From: Eledone cirrhosa
Lineage: Eukaryota
NCBI GenBank assembly: GCA_964016885.1
Contig: CAXHJY010000850.1
Location: forward strand, 1 to 64,000
DNA length: 64,000 nucleotides
Direction: 5' to 3'
In this document: positions 43,286 through 56,269 of the stretch, piece after piece
How the letters are laid out: the number at the start of each line of letters is the position of its first letter
How positions within the stretch are numbered: the first letter of the stretch is position 1
The notes under the pieces: model-generated
What the model saw: the letters and a program-made list of their open reading frames with translations, nothing else
Told to the model about the DNA's origin: nothing
The model's database searches: none
Made by a program: the position numbers and the translations under genes

Positions 43286-44126
43286 TATAGACATAGAATA
43301 TTCGAAAATATTCTGTATGTTTATAATAAACATTTTGAAGACCTAATCGCTATAGAATAGAATACGTCACGTATTACAATTAGATTCTCGATAAAAGCAA
43401 GGGAAGTAATCTACGCGTTTCATTCTCGTTAGAAATCATCAGGACTACATATCCAGTGCTTTTATCGAGAATGACACAGCTAGAGACTTATAGAATACTT
43501 AGCTGTGTACAGGAACTGGTTTGAAAGAGCGGTTGCCGGTCCGGCAGAAATTAGAAATTGGAATAAATGCTCTGAAATAGCGATATATATGTGAATATAG
43601 ACATAGAATATTCGAAAATATTCTGTATGTTTATAATAAACATTTTGAAGACCTAATCGCTATAGAATAGAATACGTCACGTATTACAATTAGATTCTCG
43701 ATAAAAGCAAGGGAAGTAATCTACGCGTTTCATTCTCGTTAGAAATCATCAGGACTACATATCCAGTGCTTTTATCGAGAATGACACAGCTAGAGACTTA
43801 TAGAATACTTAGCTGTGTACAGGAACTGGTTTGAAAGAGCGGTTGCCGGTCCGGCAGAAATTAGAAATTGGAATAAATGCTCTGAAATAGCGATATATAT
43901 GTGAATATAGACATAGAATATTCGAAAATATTCTGTATGTTTATAATAAACATTTTGAAGACCTAATCGCTATAGAATAGAATACGTCACGTATTACAAT
44001 TAGATTCTCGATAAAAGCAAGGGAAGTAATCTACGCGTTTCATTCTCGTTAGAAATCATCAGGACTACATATCCAGTGCTTTTATCGAGAATGACACAGC
44101 TAGAGACTTATAGAATACTTAGCTGT
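43286..44126. repeat. 310-bp tandem repeat, 2.7 apparently identical copies
   Basis: Units start at ~43286, 43596 and 43906. Confidence 0.95.
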
Positions 44127-44744
44127 GCTCGACAATGCAAATGGGTAAATCTCCGGGTAACAAGGTCCGGTGGTGGAGAGAGAGATGTAAGTGGGTGTAC
44201 GTTGAGATGCGTGGTGTGTATAAGATGTGTGAGATGTGTAGAATGAAGGGAAGAGTATAAAGGTTAAAATTAAAATCACAACACAAGAGAGAGTTACCTT
44301 GGGAGAGATTTAATAGTCCCTATATATTTCGGTTTCACATCCATCAACTGGGGTTTTTTCCGGGGTGGGGGAAAAGGTTGTCTGTCGGACAAGTCCGGAA
44401 CGCGTCCTTCGCTGTGTGTTGTTTTGAATATAAAATTCCCGAGTTCGAATTACGAACTTACGCTATTCAAAATTGTTCCCGAGATGAGAATGAATGATGT
44501 GGAAGCAATTCTGTCCAGTGCCGTGTGCAAAGATAGAAGGCAGAGCCGGAGAGGTCAATCTGCTACCACTAGAAATAGCAGCAGTCAAAACGACCAAATG
44601 TTATCTCGACCAGGGGGAGATTAATAATAATAAAGTATATATCCCTACACGCAAAATACATATAGGGACACATGTATTATCCAACCATATGCCAATGTGG
44701 TTCTATGGCAGGTTATTAAATTAACGAGCCAGAACATATATAAT

Positions 44745-44893
44745 CAAGGTTTAGCAAATAAGAAAAAGTTTTAAAATAAATTTTTAAAAATTCACACAAC
44801 CTGCTATGGTTACCTTTACTGTACGGTTTCGAGTCTCAAAAATAAATGGATAGTCCTTATGGGCCTCCATTGAAAAGAAAAACTCTCGTCAGA

Positions 44894-44924
<31 letters not shown>

Positions 44925-46370
44925 ATGATATTAAATAAATGATATTAAATAAATTATATTTATAAAACCATATGTATTCTATTATATATATATTTCAAGG
45001 GTACCAAAATTTGGTACGCTATCATCATAAAATACGTAGTGTGTTTTATAAATGTTGACATAACCAAGGAGAATATACCTTAACGGTTCAAGTTTACCTT
45101 GGATAGTGAAGGAATAAGAGAAGAAAAGTAAGATATTTCAAATTATTAAGATGAGTATGCAAATAAAGTTTAGGTAAAAGGGCTGAAAAAACGTTATTTC
45201 AGAGGCTATGGAAAATTTAAATGATTATGATAACTTATTGTATGCGTAGGAAAGAAGAGAAAGGAACAAGAGCTAGCATTTACGTTAATATGGGGGAAAA
45301 AGTGGAATACGATTCCAGAGTTTAAATTTAAATTGATTTACCTATATTTTGAGTTATAATATTGTATATATAATCAATTAGATTATATGAAGAATTATGG
45401 GTGTAAGTATTTTTATCTTATTACATTACGATAGGTTATATGTATATAAATATCTATATAGATTAATAATTGCGTATGTATTAGTATTATAGAGATGGAG
45501 ATAATTTACAATTATTAGTTGTTTATATATCAAATATGCGTTGCGAAGGATGTTCATTTTGTATTGTACTTAGAAATAGGTGGTTCAAGTTGTGAGAGTA
45601 GAACAAATTGTGGATTCAAAAATTTTGTTCAACATTGATAATGTTTTCAGAATATTGTTAATTTCGCGAAGTTATATAGATTATCAAACATAATATGTTT
45701 ATGTTTGCACGATTGAGAAAGGAAAGATAACTCCAATTTTGTTTATTAACCGTTAAATTTGATGAGTGATTTACTCGAAAATATATAGAGAAAATTATAT
45801 ATTATTTTGTATGAGATCAATTATGAGATCAATTATTTCAGTCGAAAGATGTGTGAATATTTGAATAACAAAAAGAGAGAGAGGAAAAATTTAATGTGCT
45901 TTTCGAAGAACTATCGTAAAGAGGATACATTTTCAGAATGTCATTTAAAGATTATCAATCTATATCTAAAAAATATATTTAGAGGGGTGTCCTTAGAAAA
46001 ATAATGTCAGAATTAAAATATTAAATATATATATTAAAAATATTATAAATATCAGAGATATTAAAGAAATTTAGAAATATTAAACATATTAAAAAAATAT
46101 TAAAAATATTAACAAAATATACATTTAAATTTAAAAAAAAGGTAGGATCATTTTGAAGGTTTATAGGAATATTGTAACTTAAAAATAGTTCTGAACGTCG
46201 AATTTTGGCGATGTCTGCAAGAAGAAAATAACTCTGTTTTGAGATTAATAGAGATTTGACAGTTAATTATATAAAAAATTTCTTCGATACACAATTTACA
46301 GAATCTTGATAAGCCCATATTTCGGTATGCATAGAATAAATATGGTTTTATAAATATAGTTTCCATTCAT
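44745..46370 (-). mobile_element. Penelope-like element 3' remnant (GIY-YIG C-terminus, AT-rich 3' region, hammerhead)
   Basis: 46366-46148 encodes CKLCIEEIFYII...INLKTELFSSCRHRQ, matching the CxLCxxEKxxI...LNKRxELxSxCRH PLE C-terminus; hammerhead downstream on the same strand. Confidence 0.7.
44811..44898 (-). ncRNA. Type I hammerhead ribozyme with an intact core and extended stem II
   Basis: Minus strand: tatctt CTGACGA gagtttt..[hairpin]..gagactc GAAA C cgtaca G TA aaggta. Confidence 0.75.
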
Positions 46371-46531
46371 TTAATATCATTGTATATTATACTCCAGAAA
46401 ACTTGTCGAGTGCTCTGAATCGGTTATAAACATTTATATTTGTTGAATTACCAACAAATTGAATATCTCTTCTGCTTATATATATATATATATATATATA
46501 TACGTATATATATATATATGTATATATATGT

Positions 46532-46595
<64 letters not shown>

Positions 46596-47737
46596 ATCAA
46601 AGATTATCTTACTTTTCACTGGTTTCCGATCAAGATCGATTATGTTAATCAATATTTACAAGGTTTATGTTACTACGAAATTATATCAGATTGTTGGACG
46701 TGTGTGTGTGTCTCATCGAAATTTCGATACGATTATATAACTATGTATGTACGCACATTTACATATGTATATATATATACACACACAAACACACACACAC
46801 ACACATGTATATATATATAAATATAGATACATATTTATATTCATATCTATCTCTATATATATATATGAAAATATATATATTTGCATATGTATATAAATAT
46901 ATATATACACACGCACACACATATATATATATACTTATATGTATTCAGATATATATATTCATACATATATTTATACATATATCTATATCTATATATATAC
47001 TTATATATATTTATACATATATATATTTACTTATATATATACGTAAATATAAATTATATATATATATATATATTATATATATATATATATATAAATTATA
47101 TATATATATATAAATTATATATATACATATATATTTTTATACATATATATATATTTATATATATATATGTGTGTGTTTGTGTCTGTATGTATGTGTGTCT
47201 ACATCTATTAATAATATTTAAATAAAAATATATCGATATCTCCAGATAAATTTCAATTCTTCTTTCCTTACTTTCCTCAATCCGTTATAATCAATTACAC
47301 CCGACTTAGAACTTGCAATGGCGACTTCCGTGTCTTTCTCTAATTTATCGGCGATACCAGAGAAAGGTGCATGAGGAAATATCAACACCATTAACTAGAA
47401 ACCCAACTTAAAAGACTGAAGATTATTTTATTATGTGAAATTATTTAAATAATTATTTCTAAAAAGCAGAATCCACAATCGATGAACCTTTATTAAAAGT
47501 CTAAGCCTTTTATCAAATGTGATTCTCAAACATTGCACGTGACTTCGCGCGCATAATTATTAAAATATATTTGATTTTTTATTATAATTCTAATTTTTTT
47601 TCATTGAAATAATGTCAAGTGTTTTATAATCGTGCTATAAAAGAAGGACCATGGGGTGTGTGCTTGTGCAAATGTGGTGATGATGGTGGAGGTAGGGAGA
47701 GAAGAGGGAATTTGGAAAATATTGGAGTGAGAGTAAT

Positions 47738-48335
47738 CAATAATAATTGTTTCTACTTTAGGCACAAGGCCAGCAATTATCCAGTGTATTACTGCTATTT
47801 TATTTTATCGACCCTGTAAGAATGAAAGGCAAAGTTAACCTCGGCGGGATTTGAACTCAGACCATAAAGGGCCGTAACTCTTTGCTGCAAAGCATGGCGT
47901 CCGACCCTCTACCGATACTGCCAATCCACCAATAATAATTGTTTCTACTTTAGGCACAAGGCCAGCAATTAACCAGTACATTACTGGTACTTTATTTTAT
48001 CGACCCCGTATGGATGAAAGGCAAAGTTAACCTCGGCGGGGTTTGAACTCCGACCGTAAAGGGACGTAACTATGCTGGAAAGCATGGCGTCCAACCCTCT
48101 ACCGATACTGCCAATTCACCGCCAATCCACCAATAATAATAACATTGGTTTCTAATTTAGGCACAACGCCAACCATTTTGGGGGAGGGGAATGTCGATTA
48201 AATCGACCCCAGTGCGTTACTGGTGCCTTATTTTATCGACCCCGTAAGGATGAAAAGCAAAGCTAACCTCGGCGGGATTTGATCTCAGAACGTAAAGGGA
48301 CGTAAATCTATGCCGAGATGCATGGCGTCCAACAT
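47738..48335 (-). mobile_element. Three tandem SINE family A copies
   Basis: Copies at ~47738-47930, 47931-48130 and 48131-48335, joined through (AAT)n. Confidence 0.9.
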
Positions 48336-48769
48336 GGGCATTTTATTAGTCACAGAGAGCTTACATTAAGAAGACAAATAGGACGGTATATTGTGAGTAT
48401 TTTGTGTGAAAGAATGGTTTATAAATAAAACTAAAAAATAAGCATTTAAAAATAAAACATAAATTCCCCAAAAGTGGGGGTAGCTCCGAGCGTCACTCAT
48501 GAAGAAGCCCTCAATAATAATAATAATAAACTGATTAGTTTGGAAAGGAATGGCGCGCCCTCCCTGCGTGATCTTGGAAAGTTGAGTGGTGTAAGATTGC
48601 TCGGGTTCCTAAGTCGTACCTGTAGTAGTACCCCACTATTTGAGAATTTCATTGTTATATTTATTGTTGTTATATTCTTTTTGTACCCGACGTTTTGTAA
48701 ACCCCACTCTCCCTGTTTTTTGTATTGTCCCCTATATGTTGGCCCTTGTTGTCAATGATAACAATATAA

Positions 48770-48970
48770 TAAGGCTTTCTGATTTAGACACAAGTCCAAC
48801 AATTTCGGGCGAGGGAAAAGTCTATTAAATCGACCCCAGTACGTTACTGGTGTTTATATCTTATCAACCCTGTAAGGATGAAAGGCAAAGCAAACCTCGG
48901 TGGGATTTGAACTCAGAGCGTAAAGGGGTGCAATTCCATACCATGTAGCAAGGTGTCCAATCCACCACCC
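48770..48970 (-). mobile_element. SINE family A (long variant)
   Basis: TCGACCCCAGT..CTGGT..CCCTGTAAGGATGAAAGGCAAAG. Confidence 0.8.
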
Positions 48971-49819
48971 ATCCACTATGGATGTAAAAATGGAAATGAG
49001 AATATTAACTGTAATACTGGTAATAATCTTTAAAAAAAATTGATTAAAAGACACCAATCGTCTTAGAACTTGAAATAATAAATAAAGAAACAAACACTAA
49101 CAAGGGTGGGGTAGGGTGGACTGCTTACTCTCCATCCCATAAAAATATATTCTAGGGAAGAGGAAATTATACAAAGGAGAGAAGCAGATATTTTTCTATT
49201 GATTTTCAACAACAAATTGCTTCAGATTCTATTCCAGTTCACTCCCACCATCTCCCCTTCTCGCATTCTTCACCCATTCACTCCTTAGATATCTACCTAC
49301 ATATCACTAGCTCCCTCTCTTTCTCTCTCCCTGTCTCTCTCTCTCTCTCTGACTATTCCATTTTTTTTCTTTGTTCTCTTAAGTGGCACACGTGCGTAAA
49401 ACCAAACCGTGCACAATCGATATTATTCGTTGTGAGGTTTTGATCATTCAAAAAATCATATTTTGCAAGCAGACATAAAGATTTATTTCCCAACGGAAAT
49501 TCCTTTCTGTTGCTATTTTAGCCTATCCTATTCTCTTACTCCCCCTGCCACTCCCTCGGCTCCCTCGCCGCCACCACCACCATACCTCCACTGCAAACTA
49601 TTAAAACGAGTCAATAGTATAGAGGCTTTCTAAAGATCACACACAATACCTTCAAAACAATCATATGCTATAAAAACACAATATGTTGTTGTTGTCTAAT
49701 TATTCAGATACGACAGTTGCTGTTGTTGTTTGTGAACATCTTGTACTGGAGATGAGAACATCCATGAGAGTTTCCCTGTTGTTGTACTATAGACTAGGCC
49801 GTACTGGAACTCCGTTTAT

Positions 49820-50266
49820 TGTTGAACTTGAGCTGGGTGCATACCAAAGTCCTCTTATGCATGCCCAAGTCTTCTCTATTGTAATTAAGATGAGTGCATA
49901 TCTAAGTTCTCTTTATTGTACTTGAGCTGGGTGCATACCAAAGTCCTCTCGTGCATCCCCAAGTCCTCTCTAGTGTACTTAAGCAGGGTGCATGCCTAAG
50001 TCATCTCTAGTGTACTCAAGCAGGGTGCATGCCTAAGTCTTCTCTAGTGTACTCAAGATGGATACATACCCAAGTCCTCCCTATCGTACTTCAGATGGGT
50101 GAATACCAAAGTCCTCTCCATTGTACTTTAGATGAGTGAATACCTAAGTCCTCTCTATTGTACTCAAGATGGGTGAATAGCTAAGTCCTTCCTATTGCTG
50201 TACTATAGACGGGGACATGCTGGAGCTACATCTATTGTTGTATTCAAGATGGGTGCATGCCTAAGC
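49820..50266. repeat. Diverged 37-bp minisatellite, ~10 units
   Basis: Unit TGTACTCAAGCAGGGTGCATGCCTAAGTCTTCTCTAG. Confidence 0.85.
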
Positions 50267-50273
50267 AATTTCT

Positions 50274-50490
50274 TTGGCAGTATCGGTAGAGGGTCGGATG
50301 CTATGCTTTGACGCATATAGTTACGGCCCTTGCCATTCTGAGTTCGAATCCCGCCGAGGTTAACTTTGGCTTTCATCCTTACGGGGTCGATAAAATAAAG
50401 TACCAGTACTGCACTGTGTTCAATTTAATTGGCTTTTCCCTTGTACCAAAAACTCCTGACCTTGTGCTGTAAATGAGATACCATTAATTA
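50274..50490 (+). mobile_element. SINE family A
   Basis: GAGTTCGAATCCCGCCGAGGTTAACTTT..CATCCTTACGGGGTCGATAAAATAAAGTACCAG. Confidence 0.85.
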
Positions 50491-51049
50491 GTAATAGTAC
50501 TCGCACAATTGTTTGTACAATACACCTGGTAAATCTTTAGACGAATGTTATATAACCTCACGACAATTATCTTACCAGTAATGCACTGGGGTAGATTTAA
50601 TCGACTTTCCGCGTCCTCCTAAAATTGCTGGACTTGTGCTATAATTCAGAAACCATTAATTATCAATAGTCCTCATACAATTGTTTATATACTACACCTG
50701 GTAAATCGTAAGATAGAGTTATATATCCTCACAGCAATTATCTGTAATTTACACCAAGAACTACAAAGGTTTGTTTTTACATTTGAAATTTCACAGGTTT
50801 CGTTTGACTTGTCAATTAAACGTATTTTATCTTCAAATTCTCTGATTCTCAATTACAAACATAACCTCTGTAAACTTAAGATAATTAGTTACAAATGATT
50901 AATTTCCTGTAGGAATCAAATGATGTGAGTGGTGTTAATATATAGCAGATATATATATATATATATATTCTAATTGTTTCATGTTATTTATTTTTGTAAA
51001 CTTTGCTCTGCATATGTATGATTGGCAGAGTTGCTTGACGAAGTCATTA

Positions 51050-51393
51050 CCGTATTTGCCGGCGTATTAGACCCCCCCCCCCCCAAGCATATAACAATTC
51101 TTGCCTGCATCCAGTAAGCCATTATCACCGCTGGGAGACCGAACGGAGGGTGGGGACAATCATGGTTTAAAAAATATAGTTTGTATTACTATTAGTATTA
51201 ATTATACAGTAATACGATGCAATTTATATAAGTAAAATGATGTCGAACTTATTAAAGTTTTTAAAAACCCAATCAAATAATTTTAAATAAATTTATAAAG
51301 AAATATTAAAAAATTTTTTTTTTCCTCAAAATGTCCTTGTAAAACCAAGGGGCGCCTTATACGAACGGAGGCCCAATAGGCCAGCAAATACGA
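51050..51393. mobile_element. pogo/Tc1-mariner-type MITE
   Basis: TA|CCGTATTTGCCGGCGTATT ... AATAGGCCAGCAAATACGA|TA: imperfect TIRs flanked by TA. Confidence 0.7.
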
Positions 51394-51407
51394 TATATTA
51401 TAGAAGT

Positions 51408-51690
51408 ATGTTCGGCCAATGGATCGAACAGGCTGCTCGCGAAATGAACGTGCAAGCGGCTGAGTATTTAAAAGACACGTGCACTCAAAATGTAGTTCTC
51501 AGGAAGATTCAGCATGATGCAGTGTTTTACAAGGCTGCCATGTTGAATGACAAATACTACTAATTTTTCTCCCTTGAGTGTACTGGAACAATGCGAAGTA
51601 AAAAGTCTTGTTCAAACACACAACACGCAACGTGCTGTTGGGGATCGAACTCACAGCCTTACGATCGTGAGCTGAACTCCCTAACTAAGT
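51408..51690 (-). mobile_element. tRNA-derived SINE, family D
   Basis: GGGGATCGAACTC (B box, reverse complement), CORE-like AGTCTTGTTCAAACACACAAC. Confidence 0.7.
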
Positions 51691-52924
51691 TATTTGTTTT
51701 CGCTATGAAATAGCTTGTAGCACTGTTTTATTAAGGGCTGTGTGTAATATTACTGGAGTGATGTAAAGGTAGACGATGTGAAAACAGATGAGGAGAAGGT
51801 AAAGCTAGAAGAAAACAGATAAGAAGAAGCAGGAGAAAATGGAGAGAAGGGGAAGGCGAAGGTGTGAAGAAGTGGTAGACGAAGTGTGAAGCGAATGAGC
51901 GAAAGTAGTGGGAGGCGAGTATTAGGGGTTCTGTGTAATATTCCTGGAGTGGACGAAGAGAAAAGAGATGAGGCGGGGGTGGGGGTGAGGAAAAGGTTGA
52001 GGAAGAAGGAGAAGTGGAAGGCGAAGGTGCGAAGAGGCGTGTGGGCGTGAGAAGAAAAAAGTGGCGTGAAGGAAAAAAGAAAAGCGAGTGAACGAATATA
52101 TAGGAGACGAAAGTGCGAAGAAGTGGGGGTGGGTGGGTGGGTTCGATGTTGTTGGAATCGAAGGAGTGAAGAAATGGGAGGGAAAAGAGAGGTGGAAAAG
52201 GGAGAAGTATGAAAAGGGAATAAAAAGTAAGAATGCTAGTCCAGAAGACTACAATGTGTGTTGAGGAAAAAAAGTGAGAAACGCGTAACTGAAGAGAAGT
52301 TGAATTTATTTTAAACATTTCAACAACTTGTAACGTTCGCATGTTGAACATGAAGCAAGAACGCCATGGCTGGGAGGAATCTCTCACTTAGTGTAGGAAA
52401 TATTGAAACGTGTGGTGTTAACACTATTGACAAAGGTTCCTGCAATTGAACTGACACATCGCCTGTAAATACTCCATAGTTTGTTGTGTAGTTACTCACT
52501 TTTAAAACCTGTTCACCGGGTCATTGACATGCAACACAAGAATACCTGAATTGTTGTCGAAAATTTCACTTGATTAAGCAAACACTATGAAATCGATACA
52601 ACGCCTCATCTCACGCTTTTATTGTTCGATATTGGCAAGCTATCAATCTTAGAATTAAGTAGGAGGTCCGTCTTAATGTGATAGCCACAGATCAGCACTG
52701 TAGCCAGACTGTAAAAGTTCGCTTATCAACATTGTAACATCACAATCTAACATTTATCAAGATGGAAATGTCGTCGTTTATTCTCTTCTCTCTCGTTCTG
52801 TTATGGATTGTATTATATTTATTATTGATATATATATTTATATATTATACATTTATATTTATATAATATAAATGTATTGTTATATATTATAGATGTGTAT
52901 ATAAATATATATTTTATATATATA

Positions 52925-52956
<32 letters not shown>

Positions 52957-53034
52957 TATACATTTATATTTATATAATATAAATGTATTGTTATATATTA
53001 TAGATGTGTATATATATATATAAATATATATATA

Positions 53035-53082
<48 letters not shown>

Positions 53083-53084
53083 TA

Positions 53085-53325
53085 TCTATCTATCTAAGGC
53101 GGGTAAAATTCCCGAGATCCATGGACGAGTTCTCTCCAGCGGTCTCTGTCCCTCATTATCGATGCCATATCCTGCATCTCCAACAGACCAGTGTCTGTCC
53201 TTAGGGCATCAACATATGTTAACCTTGGTCTTCCTCTTCTAGTGTGTCCATGTAGGGGCTCCCAAAGGAGCACTGAGTGCAATGTCAACTCTGGATGTCG
53301 GTGAGCATGTCCAGCCAACCTCAGT
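53085..53325 (-). mobile_element. RTE-group LINE 3' fragment
   Basis: LRLAGHAHRH...LLWEP..G..RRGRPRLTYVD.L..DTG...MRDRDRWR; (TAGA)n tail. Confidence 0.85.
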
Positions 53326-53555
53326 ATATATATAATATATATACAAACATATATATATATTATATATGTATTTATATTTTATATATATATATATATAACA
53401 AAGGAATTGTGGTAAGCAACCAGATGGACCCTAACGCACCAGAGTACTCAATACTTAGGGTAGTAGTGGGAAATAGGAAAATATGACCCCGACGGCAGAG
53501 CTCAAGCCGTTTCGACGGCTACTTCTGGACTACTATACTAATAGTAGTCATGCTT

Positions 53556-53602
<47 letters not shown>

Positions 53603-53755
53603 ATTTATATATAATATATCAACATAAACATATATATATATATATATTATATATGTATTTATATTTTATAGTTATATATTATATATAGATATATATATAC
53701 ACAGAGTTATCCACGGTAAGTTGTGGGGTCTAGTCTGCATGAATATATATCTGCA

Positions 53756-53790
<35 letters not shown>

Positions 53791-53928
53791 GATCTACATA
53801 TAGATATATATATTATATATTTATTTATATATATTTATATATTTATATATATATAATATATATGTCATAAATTTCGTTGTGAATTATTCTTTCTCTCGTC
53901 TACTTTGAAGGACACACACACACATGTA

Positions 53929-54000
<72 letters not shown>

Positions 54001-54021
54001 TACACACACACACACACACAT

Positions 54022-54061
<40 letters not shown>

Positions 54062-54250
54062 ACACACACTCACACACATGTACACACACACACTCACACA
54101 CACATGTACACACACAATTACACACACCTTGATATATATATTTCAAACAAAAGTAAACCTGTAAAATGTTCGGAATGAAATAAAATTAACTGCTCTAGAT
54201 TCCAGCTAACAAATCGTTTTATCTACAACTGGGCTACATCATTCCCCGGT

Positions 54251-54289
<39 letters not shown>

Positions 54290-54647
54290 CGTGTGTGTGT
54301 GTGTGTGTATATATATATGTGTGTGTGCGTGTGTGTATATACATATCTATGTATGTATGTGTATATATATATATAGGTATATCTATGTATGTATGTATAT
54401 ATATATATATATATATACAATATTAAATAAATGGAAACTATATTTATAAAACCATATTTATTTCATTATATATATTTCGGGGATATCATATTAACAATAT
54501 GCTATGCCTTCCTCAGACAAAATACAATATAAACAGTTTTATAGATAAATAGATTCGACATACCGTTATAACACCGACTTGCATTTGAAGAGGTTAAGCT
54601 GGCTGCCAGCATATATATATATATATATATATATATAAATGCATACA

Positions 54648-54688
<41 letters not shown>

Positions 54689-54937
54689 GCATACATGCAT
54701 ATATATATATATAAATGCACACATGCATATATATATATATATATATATATCACATTTTTTTTATTTGTTTGACCCGAATTACTTGGTCGTCTCAGTGTGT
54801 TTGGCCTTGAACCTATGTTGTAGCTCTGGTTCGTCAGAATTATTGAGCGCTTGCCACACATCTCGGAAGTTATTTTTCGCTAATTCCAAAGCCGAAATAC
54901 GATTCTCGCTAATTTATATTTGTATATATACTATATA

Positions 54938-55197
54938 TGTGGAGGCACGTGGCCTACTGGTGAGAGTGTTGGACTTACGATCATAATGTCGTGGGTTCGA
55001 TTCCTGGGCTGCGTGTTGTGTTCTTGAGCAAGACACTTCATTTCACGTTGCTCCAGTATCCTCAGCTAAAAAGGAGTACCAGCAACAGCTGGCGTCCTCT
55101 ACGGGGGGGGGGGGTCTTGTACCCCCAGTCGCTTCACGCTATGAAACTGGGATAAGCACCGACCAAATGAGCCTTCTGGCTTAAGACAAGCTTTAGA
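54938..55197 (+). mobile_element. SINE family B, internally deleted
   Basis: Homologous to 30878-31147 but lacking ~20 bp of the V-like domain. Confidence 0.85.
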
Positions 55198-55224
55198 CTT
55201 TTAGATACTATATATATATATATA

Positions 55225-55820
55225 TGGTGGCTGCCAACTCGTTTTCGAGTACGGCCACTACTTTATATCCATGTAGGAGAACCCCTACCGATGCGCTGAA
55301 CGTGTGTGACTTTTTAGTCCAGCCAGCGACTTGAAAACTCTGGTACAAACACTACACTTGTGATAATCATTGACACATAGTGCCGGTCCCATGTGACGAC
55401 AAGTGCAGAGAGATCTCCAGATATAAAGCAATGCCTGTGCCATGAAGCTTTTATAGTGAGCAAAGGCAGTGCACAAAGCCAGTCCCACTCTCTTGACCAA
55501 GATGATATTTACCAAACAGAAGAACAAGTCAACATCATTGGATACCATCAGAGTTGCAGGTGTTATATCAGAGTTTTTCTTCTCCTAGAATTCTGCCTTG
55601 ACAAAGGCTAAGGGGTCATCTCTCCCGGTGATTTTGGATGGCCATTGACTCTTAAGAGCTCCTTTGCCCCTTGACAGGTTGTGTCAGGTCACCAGTTGGT
55701 GCTTCTGGTAACATGTATCCCAGTACAACCTGTCTCATGGTCGGGTCGTTGGCGACTAAACTGGCAACCCCACCAAGGTTTCTTGGTGAGGAGGGTGCCT
55801 TTGGACATCCTGCAGGACTA
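55225..55820 (-). mobile_element. Short bipartite RTE-derived element (5' UTR joined to 3' end)
   Basis: 3' part encodes CSVCTRVFKSLAGLKSHTRSAH (RTE-BovB-type C2H2 end); 5' part has CTAGGAGAAGAAAAACTCTGA, like RTE 5' UTRs. Confidence 0.6.
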
Positions 55821-55977
55821 AAAAAAAAAATATATATATATATATATACGTGTATATTTATACGTATATTTGTATATATGCATTTATACACACACACACA
55901 CATATATATGTATATATATAGTCCACATATGTCTATATAACAGCACATATCTCACATTATATTTAGTTTATTATTAA

Positions 55978-56170
55978 GGGCGGTGGATTGGCAGTATCGG
56001 TAGAAGGTCGGACGCCATGCTTCGACGCATAGAGTTACGGCCCTTGCCATTCTGAGTTCAAATCCCGCCGAGGTTAACTTTGCCTTTCATCCTTACGGGG
56101 TCGATAAAATAAAGTACCAGTAATGCACTGGGTAATTTGCTGGCCTTGTGCCAAAAGTAGAAACAATTAT
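55978..56170 (+). mobile_element. SINE family A, full length, 19-bp TSD
   Basis: TSD ATTATATTTAGTTTATTAT at 55956-55974 and 56166-56184. Confidence 0.9.
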
Positions 56171-56269
56171 ATTTAGTTTATTATGTGTTATTCACATTGA
56201 ATATTTATAACACCAGTTTTGCACGATATTTCTTCTTCTTGAATTAATTATACGGTAGAAGATAAATTC

